Assembly: GCA_964035545.1 (NCBI GenBank)
Contig: OZ037767.1
Location: 26,614,628 to 26,678,627, forward strand
Reading direction: 5' to 3'
DNA: 64,000 bases
From: Bugula neritina
Lineage: Eukaryota; Animalia; Bryozoa
How positions within the stretch are numbered: position 1 is the first letter of the stretch; the number at the start of each line of letters is the position of its first letter. Shown piece after piece: positions 50,801 through 64,000 of this stretch. The position numbers and the translations under genes are program-made. The notes below the pieces were generated by a model. The model did not search any database. It was not told the origin of the DNA and was given only the letters and a program-made list of their open reading frames with translations.

Positions 50801-53800
50801 GCATTTAACAACACTAGCATCTGTCAACATGTGCTGCTTAATATGCTCATATTATATAATAATGTTAAAAATAGTTTAAACAAAAAACCTCATATATGTA
50901 TATAACATATACCTCCTCTTATAGCCTGCAATCTGTTAACATCTGAAATGGATGGGGTGGGCCCCAAGTGCATAAGAAGATTGTTCCAGTTGAGTTGTTG
51001 ACTAAGGCTTTCCCTGTCTTCTGAATGAACAAGTTCTAGCACATTCTGGTGGAGCAGGTCTGACTACATCACCATTAGTAACAGCATGTATTCAAGTGTA
51101 AGAATATTATTTTGTCCATGAAGTTGGTATACTGTAAGAATTTCTACCAAGTTATTATAACAGGTAGCTTAACTCTTTACCAACTGCTTAACATAAACCA
51201 CGGACTGCACAAACTACTATAACTACACTAAAGACACTAACTACTATCTGCACTAACCACTAACTACTATAACTACACTAAAGACACTAACTGCATTAAA
51301 GACACTAACTACTAACTGCATTAACCACCAACTACACTAACTGTACTAACTAATAACTACCAACTACACTAACCACTAATGACACTAATTGCACTCACCA
51401 ATAACTACCAACCTGATGAAATCCAAGATACTGCTCCACGGATTCAGAGACATAGAACACTTCACTTTTGGGATCTATTATCATAATAAATCCATTCAGA
51501 GCTCTCAGCTGGTCATCAACATCAAACATCCTGTTACAAGCAGACGGATATACTGGCTGGGTGAGTGGAGTGACAGCTGTGAAAAATACAATGGAATTAG
51601 TGTTTCATAACCTTATGTACCAAGAGTTATCTTCTCTTGCATAACAATTGACAAAGTTATAATAAATTTTACCTAAAGTTGCAAATAAAACTTATTGAAC
51701 ATTAAACATATGAATGTATTATATTTTTCGTTTTACGAAGTTACTTGGATAAAGCAAGCCAATTTAAAAAAGCTGAAAACTGTAGATGTGCAATGACCAC
51801 TAATGTTACATCTATAATTGTGATTGTGACTATCTTCACTAATACTCCAATGGCACCATACACATAAGTAAAAGAGGTTATCTAGAGCACTATATTTTTG
51901 AAGGCCCTTGCAAAACAATATAGTGTTGCCAACCCCCTAACTTAAACTGCAAATGAATGCCTCTATTTGTATGATCCAAGCACTAAAATATTGTATAGAG
52001 ATAATGTCACGGAATGCATGACTACAAACTATATAGAGTCTACGTAACCTAACCTATAGACAATTAATTATACACATAATGTAGCATGCACTCCACATTA
52101 CATGCAACATATAAAATGATGAGCCACAATTTTCAAACATGCAAATAATGAAAATAGTGGTTTTTATAATAAACTTGCATGACTAGAAAGAATATCGAGA
52201 TTCATATAAAGAAGAGAATAAATATTTCTTTCATATTTGAATTCTCTCAGTAGCTGTGAACATTAAATTAAGGTGCTAAAGTCTTTGATTAGTATGAAAA
52301 ATACATTTTTATAGCTTTTATATTACTTATATACACTGCAGAGTCTTGTTGCAAATGGTTGTGAAGACAGGTGAGTTGTTATAAAGATATACACATGCAT
52401 CCATGAAATGTATTGCAGTAAGAGAATCTCATTTAGAAGTTATAGCATATTATATACATGTATACATATATACATTTACCATATCCATCTTTAGCCCTAT
52501 CTTCAGATGTGAGTTATACTTTGTAGTTAGTTGGTGTGCACTCACTTTAGCTGGTGAGTACTGACTACTGAGTTACAATGATTTGTTATAATATAATATA
52601 TATTACTCCAGCATTCACAAACTGCCACAACAGCCCTTTTGTTGAAAAGAGATTTTATCTAATATAGCTAAAAATGTTCTAAAAGACTGAAATACTATAC
52701 TTGTTAGCTTTCGCAAAGCTTTATGCTGCGTAAAAATAGAGCAAATATACAAGGGTAGTATATTTATAAATTTGCAACTTTGCAATACATTAAAAATTGT
52801 GGTTTGTTTTAGATGAGGTTACTGAATGAAAACTATCTTAACGGACTTGGTTAGCTGTAGAGATAAACTCAATTTCAATATAATTAGTTATATTAGCAAG
52901 ATTAATCTGAACACAATTCTTTATTTTAATATAATCAATAAAACATTTTATTAGCTAGCCCCCTAGTACATGAGAATTTGCAATGAACTCTTCGTAAGGG
53001 AAAAACAATGTTTGTAAGCCTCGCCTTGTGAGATAGTGGTAGGGTGGTGTTGAAGGAGCTGGAGACATTGTTTCCTACCAACTCTCACAAGCCTAAACAG
53101 TGTGACAACTAGTGTAGGTGCCCCTTTGTGCAGTTCAACCACTGTCACCACGTGCCAGTACATACCTTATAGCGTAGTATATGCCAGTGTGTTGGACTAA
53201 ACGTGTAATTATGTATTGTATGTTGCAATGGTTGGAATTCTTTATTGCCGTGTATTTCTATTTCTTCTTTATAATAATCAAAATACTTTCAATTAGAACT
53301 GTAATTATTAGCCTGTGCTCAATATTTTCTGACCATCAAACTTACATTAATTTGTGTCTATAAAATTTAGACTATGAGATTTTAGGCTGATTTCCATTGA
53401 AAAGCTAAAGCCATTCAGTGCAAAATTTCTCATCTCATGACGTATCTAGGTGATGACTCATCCAGAAAATAAACAACTTTCCTTATTCACACATTTTATA
53501 GGAGGGGGGCAAAACCCCCCCCTCACTAACACATTACATGAAGACAGAGTGTCAATTTAAATATTTAAATGTAAATCTGCAAGCATAATTCTGGTATTTT
53601 TATGAAAGGGTAACCACATATAAATTTTTATTACATCTGATCAAAATTAAGACTATTTAGCTAGATTAAGTTATGTGACAAAGTAAGACTGGCATGTGTG
53701 TTCGGTTTATCTTCCATCGTAAAGTCATGCTTATGCAAAATGATTTTAATGGTATAATGGTTGTTGAAATTAAATTAATTCAGAAAATATTAATAATTGC

Positions 53801-54726
53801 CTGATATAATGTTGAAGATCAAAATATTTTGCCATATATAATAATTATGTTGAGTATATGCTATTGTATATACTTCTTAGGCTCTAAAGATATAGAATTA
53901 TTAAAACGTTAAATTTGGTCAAAATTCAAATTTAATTTAAATGGCATGTTAGAGTGAGTCTTTTGCTGATTGAAGAGATGCCACATGAGCAATGAGTGTG
54001 GAAACTCTCACCTCTGTAGTAGCTCTTAGCTCTGAGGTAGCTGACAACTAGTCTAAGGACAGACAGCTTGTCTAGTTTCACTATAACAGACTCCTCAAAC
54101 GGCAGCAGGTTGGCTAGACTCTCCAGCTCACCATTCAGCTTCTCTCTGTGTCTCTTGGATGGGTTTGACTTTGCTGGGTCAAACAACGGTTGGCTAACCC
54201 TATAAATATTTCTTAAATCTTGTTACAGGATACCATGGGCAGGATAACAGCTATTTGCTACCATAGCTTATAGAGTGCTAGCCTAGAAAACTCTAGGTTA
54301 TATATGGTGTGAGTTCCAGTAAAAACATTGGTTATGCCTAGAAGGGCATATTCACTCTAGGGCTACAAACGGAAACCTTCACAACCATGCTGTCAGTGTT
54401 TGGACAGGCAAAAATGTTTCACAGAGATGGAGACTTTAAACAAATGTGAGTTTATAATATTGTCACAAGAGAAAGTTTAATTGACTTCAATATTTGCATT
54501 AGCATAAGCGTGTAGTATAGAATATGTTTGTATGAAGAGTGAATGCTTTGAACAGAATAAAATTTGTATAAGCACAAGCTAAAAAAGCACTGCTAAATTA
54601 GAATATCACCTAAAGTTGTTTTTTTTCAAGATATAAAGCTCTATTCAAAGAGTCTACCCATAATGCATTTGTAGCAGTTATAGCTTACTTCCTTAGCACT
54701 CTGTTTCGCCTTCTTGTCACGTACAT
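47836..54726 (-). CDS. AHR: Aryl hydrocarbon receptor / spineless ortholog (bHLH-PAS), 11 coding exons: 54689-54726, 54012-54199, 51413-51576, 50913-51063, 50628-50701, 50332-50510, 49956-50050, 49192-49333, 48720-48876, 48505-48610, 47836-48146
   Basis: MYVTRRR N-terminus; b[28 protein letters not shown]...[20 protein letters not shown]; [30 protein letters not shown]; [37 protein letters not shown]. Confidence 0.95.
48975..49075 (-). mobile_element. Possible degenerate SINE fragment in AHR intron 8
   Basis: ttacgactggatgctctttctaacaccaccaatgg resembles the CGGATGCCCTTCCTGACGCCA-type conserved SINE central motif (from memory, not searched), followed by a decayed reverse B-box-like stretch. 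Confidence 0.3.
51195..51411 (-). repeat. Degenerate (GTTAGTGTAG/GTAGTTAGT)-rich array immediately after the AHR exon-3 donor
   Basis: Plus strand shows repeated actaac / ctacactaa / gacactaa units. Confidence 0.85.
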
Positions 54727-55369
54727 CTGTTTGTCTTTATATGTAGCTACGACTTCTTAAGTATTACCAAAGACACTGCAAGTTTATTAAAACACTGCCA
54801 GCTGTTGAACAAAAGTTATTTAGATATTCAAAGCAAATAGAAATATTCATATATAACCAATTAACCAAGTTTTTTTTATAGATTTACATGTTAAGACTAT
54901 TAGAAACAGTTCACAGCATAAGCTTAGTATACATAGAGTGCTGCTAGAGTAAGTTAGCTTTAGCTATGGAGAAAAGGGATGACAATGCTTCATAACAATA
55001 AAAAAATTGAAGTTAGCTGGTAGCAAAATGTATTCTAATAAAAAAAATTCAGGGTTTCTTGTAATGCATATTTATATTATAATGCAGCATGCTGTTTAAA
55101 TTGCTGCGGATGAGCTGTTTTTACGATAGCTGGTAGCTTTAAGTATTTGGCAGCCATTGGTACAAAGTCCATTTTTATAGCGGATAGAAATTATAGCTAA
55201 AAATTTCGTTTTGCATAATGGGAACTATTTTAAAATATATAATCTTACCACTTAATGTGCTAGTGTAAAAATTAGCAAATGAATTAAGATATTTAGAATA
55301 TATTTCATATAGAAGATAAGATGCAGCTACCAGCCACTATATATTACATAAAATGGTGAAGGCAAAATA

Positions 55370-55651
55370 TCGCGTGATATGTGGACTTACCTTGCTGGAA
55401 ATTGCGTGCTGACTAACCACAAACTTTATTCAGCATGCAATTGTCTGCCTAGAAAGCCTTCCATTCAATTTTCTTCTATACCCTCTGTCTCCCCACTCGA
55501 TATTTCTAGAGCTCCGTTCTAAATGCAACGGTGCCTCAGTTCAATGTTCAATATATATAAAGGGAACACAGTTTCGGCTTTGTCATCGAAAAATAGAAAT
55601 TGCAGGCAATTATGTAAATTCCGTTATCTTATAAAGTATGGTGTCACGCAA
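55370..55651. promoter_or_regulatory. Putative AHR promoter / non-coding first exon with three TNGCGTG (XRE/DRE) motifs
   Basis: TCGCGTG 55370-55376, TTGCGTG 55402-55408, CACGCAA 55645-55651. Minus-strand donor AAG|GTAAGT at 55390; TATA-like run ~55551-55560. Confidence 0.5.
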
Positions 55652-58600
55652 TACTACTATAAACGTGATATGACTTGAATAATCAATTAAAACCCAAAAT
55701 TGACAAGATAAAACTATCGATAATATAGAGAATAATTATATTAACTGCAAAATCGAAAATTTCATATTAATCTCAGCATAAAACTGTTCAAAGCTAACCT
55801 AGCTGTGTGGTGTGGGTGTGTGTTTTAGATATATAACATATTATTAAAATTTTTATGTTGTTAAGGCATGTAATGTGGTAAAAATCAAAAAATACCAGAT
55901 AAAGCATTATAAAAGAATATGAAGCCAAAACAGAGTGTTGTTCAAAATATGAAAGGAGTTGAAATGCAAAACTTTAAATCTAAAAAGGCCTAAATATCTC
56001 GGCCTAGCGATTGTTTTTTATTAGAAATGTTTGGCAGCAATCTAGGCTTCATTATTATATAGTTAGATTTATACGCTATTTGCAAATAATGAAATCTGCT
56101 CTACAATGCCTGGTATATCCTATAAGTCTGTAATAAATGTTTAATAATTCGTCTTAATATTTAGAAGTGGGTGTTGGCCTTCTTTAAAGACCAGGTACTT
56201 TTATTCAGCTTTATTCACAATTTCTCCATCTTAAAAAATTACAAACCAACATATATTCCAATGTTGGTTGCTTTTACATGATAATAAATATATTATATTT
56301 ATTGGCAGGAATACATCACATAAGATTGCTGTTTATGAAATCTATGTGCTGCTACACTTCTATAGACAAGTGCTGGCATGGCTTTAGATTCTTTTTGTTA
56401 TGGTTATTAATGTTGCTCTGTATATTGGGATCAACAGCTGTAGCTCAACTTGGAGGTGTTGCGTTTGAATAAGCTTTTAAGTTTATGGTGGCAGAAATTT
56501 GGTTCAAGAATTTCTTGCCAATATTTCATATAATGTTTTTATTGCATGGCAGGTAGTTGAGCCACTTTTTGTTGTATGTATGGTTTGGCTTGGTAGATGT
56601 GTATTAGATTTGATTTTAAAACTTAGTTGGTATTGCCGGTTGCTGACCTAGTATATGGAGGCAGCGTATTTGAATAAGTCAGCGCTATAAAGGAAGTTTA
56701 GTAATTTTATATGCTTATACATTTGACTAAAATATGTTTGCTGAATAATTGGAATATTATTTACATATTTCAGCTTACAATTTGGTTTGAAGAATGGGTT
56801 ATGTATGTTTTTTGTTTAAAATCCAATGTTAGATATATTTACAATATGCATACACATTTGTGCGCATATTATGTTTATCAGATTATTGCTCTAAGCTGCT
56901 AATTTTAAATTTGTTAGATATGCATATCAGATTGTAAAGAATTTAGTTGGATGGAATAGAAAACACGTTTTGAAGGACTTGGTGAAAAATTATTTTTAAA
57001 TCTGAACGTAATTTTTTTAAAACTTTACTGATTAATTTTTGTTCTCTTATCATCCAACAGAATTATTAAGCTTTAATGGTCTCAACTTTTATTTATAATG
57101 TGAGTACTTCAAACAAATTTCTAATCAGGATATAGTATGCTCAGCTCTCCACTTGAAATGAAATTTTCTTTGCTGTTATAGGCTCACTGGTCGACATTTT
57201 AGTAATTGATCGGCGAGATAAAAGCATTAATTGTTCTCACAACATGTGTTTTTATACAACAAATTCCTAGTAAACTTGGCAATTCTTTACACTTTTTGAT
57301 AAACAAAATGATGCCATAATCAAGGCAAATAACAGTTCGAACAGAAACTTTAACACGTGCAGCATTTATCTAAAACTACAAACTATAGCCTCTTTAATTA
57401 TATGAGTGAATTACTGCCCAATTACACCCTGCTTTATATAGCAATTATAGTTCAATAGCAAATATCAAAACAAATAAACAAAACAGCTGAGAATAGTGGA
57501 GGACAACTTTCTTTGATGCTAAGTTAATTGACTATCAAACGAAGGCATATGGCATATTTCGGTCTCCTTTTGTCAAAACAGCATGTGATTGGCAAAGCAA
57601 CGCAAAATATTTAGAACTTCAAGCTTTTACTTTCAAAAGTGTCACTGGAAAAACTTTTTTGCTTTTAGTTATTAATCTTTATGAATTTTCGACAATTTGA
57701 AATGCGATATCTTGAATTGAGAATGGAATAACACATAGTCAACATTAATAGAAACTAAATCAATTTTAAGCAAAACAATCATTTCTATGATTTGCATAGT
57801 CTGCTATTACATCATGACAATAAACACCATACCTTGCACAATATATATATATATATAGCCCATACAAAGTGCAAAACTATTTTTAAAGCCAAGAAAAGTA
57901 AGTATAAAAGTAATCACTACATTCAAATATGAAAAGCAAATTATTGGTACCTAATTTATAAGTTTATTGTAAAATCACTCATAAAACCAGCAACACACTT
58001 TCGATAAAAAAAATTATTTAAGTAAAATTACACAGAATGAAATAGATTACAATTAAATTATTGAATAATCACAATAATAATGGCAGTGCTATAAATTAGT
58101 TTAGATCAAAAAGCTAGGTAAACCCTGTATCAATAGAGATATCTAGCTATATAGTAGAAATAATCTACCTATATAGTAGAAATAATTTACCTAAATAGTA
58201 GAGGTAACAGAGAAAATCATATAAAAAGTAGCTGTCTGACAAATCATGTTTAAGAATTTAACTGCTTTCAAAAATTGATATAAACTGTTTTAGTCTAGGT
58301 ACTGCGTGCTGACACAAAATAATTAACTTTTCTAGATATAAAAAGTTGCTAGGACTAGAGCTCTTATGTTTAGGGCTTACATTGGGTCCTATTAATAACA
58401 CAAATAAAAAGTAAAAAATATCAACATATTATTTTAGAGACTTTGAACACAAATAAACCAGGTTGAAAGCACAGCATATAACATTTTCTTCTACATTATG
58501 TTATCAATAAAACTTTCATTTTGGTAACAAAATTAACCAACCCATAGTTATATGCTAGCAGCAGTTCCTATAGCACCAACAAGCCTTAAAATTTATATTA

Positions 58601-58671
58601 ATATCCTCATCTCCAGGATAAAAGAGCATCCTCAGTTTACAGTTGAAACTTGACAGCATTTAACATTCCTA

Positions 58672-61365
58672 TTAATTTAACAACTTTGAAACACGGCCAA
58701 TACACCACTTGACTTGCTCTTGGATGATAAAATCATCCTCAACTTCCAAAGCAGATACACATTGCATAAAGGTTTCAAGATATTCAGCAGGCTGGTGTAT
58801 AAAACATTCAGTAATTGAATGTAGGAGAAGAGATTTCAATCCTGCAGAGTTGGGAGTTGTCCCACTGAGCAAATATTTAGTGATTTCTGTGACGTAAGTA
58901 GCAGTTTCAGGCTGTTTGTGGGAGAAGTTAGCGACCAGATGAAGTAACACGGCTAGATCGGAAGAAGACAACTGCCTCCATTTCACTGCGACTAACTTAA
59001 ATAAACTTTCAAAAATAGGATCATCATACGAACTAATCAAGTGTAGAAACTTGAGAAATGAAGTCAAAATTTCAATCTGTGTGCTATTTAGTAGGTCTGT
59101 CAAAATTTGTTTAGATTGATCAGTAAATTTACTGTCTTTAGAAAGATCTAATAGAATCGTTATTATTCTGTCACAGACGGCTGATTCTTTGTATTTTCTT
59201 TGTAACACAGATTGAATATCTTCCAGAATACTAGATATGTTGTCTTCAGTCACGAAAAGCCTAAGAGTATCTAGCTTTATTACTGAAAGGTAGGCTGGGT
59301 CATTCAGCTTCCCAAACAGCAAATGATAATTATCAAATAAAGGCTTGCAGTTAACATCCGATTTCTGGTCACCTGAGCCATTTGAAGTTGTCTCCTTTCT
59401 ACTTGAAAGATATTTCTGCAGATTTTCTTCCATCCATAAAAGTACGCAGTACACGACAGATGGGTCTGAAGAGCGAAGAAATGACAGGCAGCAGTTGAGT
59501 ATCCTTAGGTGCACGTCGGCAGCAAGTTCACCTTCAACTAAAAATTTTAAACATTCTGCCCTTACATTCTACAGGATTACCATGAAAACTGTGTCAAACA
59601 AGTGCATGGAGACAAAACTAACTACATCATGACCTAATATCTGTTGTTTTGTCTTAGAACACCTAGACTGTGTTCTACTTGCTACAATTGTTTATAAATA
59701 TAAAACTAATCTAGAGTTGTCACATTATCATAGGTTCATAGGACCCCAGTCAACATTCAGCTTTCTGCATAGTACACAGTACACACAGCGTCAGAAATCA
59801 CTGTGGCTAAAGCTAGAAGTTAGAATGAAAGACAGCCTACAGTATAAACCTGTATTATAGCTAATATTAACTGATGCTTCTTATATTAAAAGAGAGTGAC
59901 TGCGGCTAAATTGATACAAGAAGGCAATTCCTGAAAGTTTATTATTATATACATAGAGAATTTCTAAGGTTATATTATTATATACATAGATAACTTCACT
60001 TACATTTCATACTATACAGTAGAAATATATCCAGAGTGGCAGTGACTAAACTGACTTTCTCAGAGTCTAGCATGGGATCCAACACATTCAGTATGTTGAG
60101 CATTTGGTCCGCACTGGGTGGTACGTATGTTTTAAGACTAGATAAAACCTGTTGAATAATAGCTCATTGTTAATTCTTTAATAGCCATATATATATAATA
60201 GAGAAACATAAACTTATCAACAGTTGTGATCTGATAGAATGTAGTTGTAAACCACAAACCGCTATTTTTCCTTCCACTGTGAGCGAATTAATCCTGTTGA
60301 GCAGTTTGAGACAAGCAGACGTATGCTTCTGGTTCTCTGCACTTTCTGATGATGTCATCAGTGTCAGACTAGAGACCAACGGGTCGGGATCGTCAATGTA
60401 AGGTGTCTATGTCATATCAACATGGTCATCAGTGTCACACTTGGTATATGTGACGTTACGTGTGATATCAATAGCATAAGAAACATGGCTTACCAATACA
60501 ATATCTTGCAGCTCAGCACCTTGTACCTTGTCAGAGTAGTGCTTAGCAATAACAGCATGTCTCCTGACATAAGCACTGGAATCTTTCAGGCCATCTACAA
60601 CACAATAATATAACTTATAACATGGCAAATTCGAACTACTTGGTTACTTCAAATTTAAACTGTGCACAACAAGACATACTGTGTTTTGTACTTATTTTAC
60701 GCTTGAAATGCAAATGAGCACAAACAAAAAACAATCAAGACTCACAATATGTAAATAACAATATAATTAGTAAACTGCTACCAGAAATAATTCGGTGAAG
60801 AATGCCTGAAGTGGTTTCCTGTTTGATATAACATATGGTGTTAAGGACCAATGCTCTAACCAATGGAGACTGGTGACAGCTATCCTTAAGCATTGTGTTC
60901 ACTGCTAGAAGAGCTTCACTGGGTACCTAATGAATAATACATTTAGATTCTAATAAATATTACATTTATATTTTAATAAATACTATATTTACATTTTTAA
61001 CAAACAATACATTTACATTTCAATTATTTTCTAAACTTCTAATAATTCTGAAGCTTTTATCATCGTTTATTACCAATGAACACATACGTAAAACACTCGT
61101 TACTGCACCTTATCAGAATGCTTGGCATAAGTGGAATAAGTAATTCGTTTTACTCCGATGTCTGGATGAGCCATTAGCTGCATTACTTTCGGTAGTAACT
61201 GTTGATAATTCTTATTCATTTGAAGACTGCCACACAGCTAAAAATAAAAATAACAAACTAGATAAACAAATAGATGTGCATAAATTTCAATAAAACATTA
61301 AATTACTTTACTTTGATTACCTGTCGGGCATAATCTCGATCTTTAAATTTCTGCGACATATCCAT
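58672..61365 (-). CDS. AP4B1: Beta-adaptin, most like AP-4 complex subunit beta, trunk only; 7 exons: 61321-61365, 61109-61237, 60782-60926, 60494-60594, 60260-60406, 60004-60148, 58672-59537
   Basis: ALLAVNTMLKDSCHQSPLVRAL; DGLKDSSAYVRRHAV; DPDPLV; YVPPSADQMLNILNVLDPML; NDPAYLSVIKLDTL..FVTEDNISSILED. Paralog assignment (AP4B1 versus other beta subunits) is by eye. Confidence 0.75.
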
Positions 61366-63747
61366 TAGGTTGTTATTTTGTCTCCACTATACTAAATGTA
61401 TCATAGTTAGCTACAAAAAGCAAACTAGTTAATTTATAAAATCAAAATAAAAACAGTCAAATAAGTAGTGCTAGCTCAACAACAAAAGAAAAACAATAAA
61501 GAAACGTCTATTATAATCTTTTTCAATAAAGTAATGGTGCAGAAAAAGTATCAGTTTCAATATATTTAAATAAAACTATACTGCCACATTCACGTCATTT
61601 CAATGATGCAAGTTCCTAACAATGAATATTGATAGTCATCTCACTGGCTAATAACGCAAATAAACCTGGTTGCAATAGGTAAAACTCCTTTAAACCAACA
61701 GAAACAAAGTGATAAATCATTTTAAAACATTAAATATGACTAATTTCATACCCTTCACACAAAGTTAAAACTAGACATTGATAGCTATATTCATTTATAA
61801 TCAATAAATTTTGTCACTTGTTTAAACTATAAATAAACTCTTACAACTGTAAGCTACTATATCTAATTTTACAGATACAGTAGCAAGTTTATTAACACAA
61901 CTTGCAATCATTTTATAATCACATTTCAAGTATAACTATTACTATGATACTTATACCAAGTTTAGTATAATTTTGAAAATTGAGTAAAAGTTTTAAGGCT
62001 TTCATCAGTTAGCATAGCTTACTTATTATTAGTTTTCACTCTACTTCTAGCTAAAGCTAATAACTTTAAATCTAAAATATTTATAGCAATAGTGTATAAA
62101 GACAATCCATAATCATAATCACAATGATAACAAATATGACATGACATGCTAAGCCCAGCTCTGGGTCTAATAATTACAACAGTCAGTAGTAAATACTAAA
62201 TACAACTGATAATCTCAAATTTTCAGATAAATGACATATCCCTCCATCATCCTGCCCCAGGGTCATGGTCATCACTGATGAATTATTTGAGTCATAATGA
62301 TATTGATAATGATTACCACATAATAATGATACTGATAACAATCATCATAATTTATTAATTATAATAATTATCAATTAGTGATGGTGATAATCATAATCGG
62401 ATATAACCAATATGAATATTATAACAAACCTAAAGTAAAAGAAGCATCATAATTAAAATTATATTTATCAATCTAATTTAAATTATATTATCATTAATTA
62501 AAATATTATTAAGGATTAATTTTACCATTATAATTACTAAATTATTTATAATTTACGTTGAAGTTGTATTGAATAATATTAAATATGATATTTATTGTGA
62601 ATCTAAAATAAAAATCGAGATGGAACTAATTTCAATGTTTTATTATAATTATTAACAATACAAATATGAATTTCATTAAATGTATTAGATATCCATATGA
62701 AATTGAAAGTCGTTATCAGTACCATAATATAAATATAAGTTAAACTTGAAGTATAATCGATATTCATATACATATTCTGATTCATATTAATATTCATATT
62801 GATATTGATAGTCGCTATCATATTCATGACTATTGCAATATCAATGAGACTATGTCAAACTACAAGTGTTTTGTCTCTACCCTCATCTCAATGCATTATT
62901 TCATAAATTCATACGTATAGTCTAGCAGTAGCTTACTTTTTACAAATTGATGGTGTAGCTATTAACTTTAGTCTTCAACTTTTGATTAGTGTTTCGCGTT
63001 TAGTACCATCCGGAAATATTAATCTCAAGGAATAGCTTTATACACTGTTATTAGACCATTTTCCAACTTTTTCATATTTTGTTAGAAGAGCGCTAATACG
63101 CCGTCACTGTTGGCGTGTACAATTTCACTGAAACACGTGGTGGTCAAGGTTAGTACAAGAGTTCAAATTTTCTGGTCAAAGTTTGGAAAGCTATCAATAT
63201 CTATCTCTAAACGCTAAATCACTTATTCATGTAACTTAAAGCCTAAGGTTTAACCTTAATATTTAGTTTTAATTATAATTTATATTCATATTTTTTTTAT
63301 TATATAATTTTCTACTAAAACAAAGTTGAAAACTAAAGTAAAAGTGTTGAGTAGGACTAGGCGAAGTTGAGCGTCCCAATGGCAATGGCAATGCCAATTG
63401 GCAATTGCAATTGGTTTTATTTTTAAAAGTATAACTAATAACTATAAGTATTGCATCTAAAATTAACATTCATAGTATTCAGTCGCTCATGACAATCCTA
63501 AAGTAATAACAAAATAATTGTAGTTAAATCCTAGATACTAGCGATGTATACACTATACAGTATATAGTGATTCAATAAATGTTTGTTCTGTGCTCTTGCC
63601 TCTGGCTCTTAGTCATACACTTACAGTCAGTGTGAGTGTGTTAGTAATACTAATATTTAAATTATTCATATTGTATTCAATTCAGAACAAAGTATAAGAT
63701 TGGCCACTAGAGCATTGTGATTGGGTGCAACAAGTATAGCTATCAAC

Positions 63748-63850
63748 ATGGAGGCAGTATTCTACTGGATGGAACTTTTACCTCAACGGTTACATGAAAC
63801 ACTTGGGGCGGAGATATCTGCTGTCAGACTCTTTTCTACATTGTTATATG
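63748..63850 (+). CDS. First coding exon of a probable lysophospholipid acyltransferase 5 (LPCAT3/MBOAT5/nessy-like); the rest is outside the window
   Basis: MEAVFYWMELLPQRLHETLGAEISAVRLFSTLLYG|GTAAGT resembles LPCAT3 LATSLGASEQALRLIISIFLG. Good ATG context, acceptor at ~63685, perfect donor. Confidence 0.55.
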
Positions 63851-64000
63851 GTAAGTTAACATGCATAATACACCCATGATCGTCAATGTTAGTGCTTATG
63901 CAATTTCAAATATTTTGTCATACTTTTATTCAAACTGTACTTGTAATTTGAGTTACCTATGTTGATTGCATTGCATTTGGTTGTTGAATAATAAGATTAA

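Noticed and set aside
53500-53525. G-run/C-run hairpin GAGGGGGGCAAAACCCCCCCCTC in AHR intron 2
   Set aside because: Isolated homopolymer hairpin, probably a repeat remnant; no element boundaries visible.
8966-54726. Idea that GPCR, MOXD1, dsh, FATP and AHR form a functional cluster (sensory/xenobiotic module)
   Set aside because: Adjacency of unrelated genes in a compact animal genome is expected; no shared-regulation evidence beyond isolated XREs. Conserved microsynteny across phyla would be needed.
58148-58205. 21-bp x3 tandem repeat (CTATATAGTAGAAATAATCTAC) and similar small duplications at ~27860, ~45945, ~59940, ~60935
   Set aside because: Ordinary slippage repeats with no associated signal.

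Overview
Eukaryotic (metazoan, probably invertebrate/lophotrochozoan - inference from gene content and compact AT-rich GT-AG introns) genomic DNA. Left to right: an apparently intact, GC-rich Ty3/gypsy LTR retrotransposon on the minus strand (5' LTR, tRNA-Leu PBS, gag, pol in the -1 frame running off the left edge) inserted into an intronless class-A GPCR gene whose 3' end survives at ~5018-5210; an intact paralogous GPCR (-); a 13-exon DBH-like copper monooxygenase (MOXD1-like, -); a 17-exon dishevelled (+); nicolin-1 (+); a divergent Sox/TCF-type HMG-box gene (-); a fatty-acid transport protein SLC27A/FATP (+); aryl hydrocarbon receptor (-); a divergent AP-4 beta-like adaptin (-); and the first coding exon of a probable LPCAT3/MBOAT5 (+). 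Exon coordinates were derived by hand from GT-AG boundaries, phase continuity and family motifs. The most interesting observations are: a candidate G_UUA_AAC frameshift cassette and a degenerate dUTPase-like domain in the retroelement; three xenobiotic-response elements around the AHR gene's own 5' end; tandem arrays sitting directly behind splice donors in four genes, two sharing a sense-strand GTTAGTGTAG motif; and signs of alternative 3' ends in dishevelled. No CRISPR array, rRNA or tRNA gene was seen. I found no clearly new multi-gene system, only candidate regulatory phenomena.
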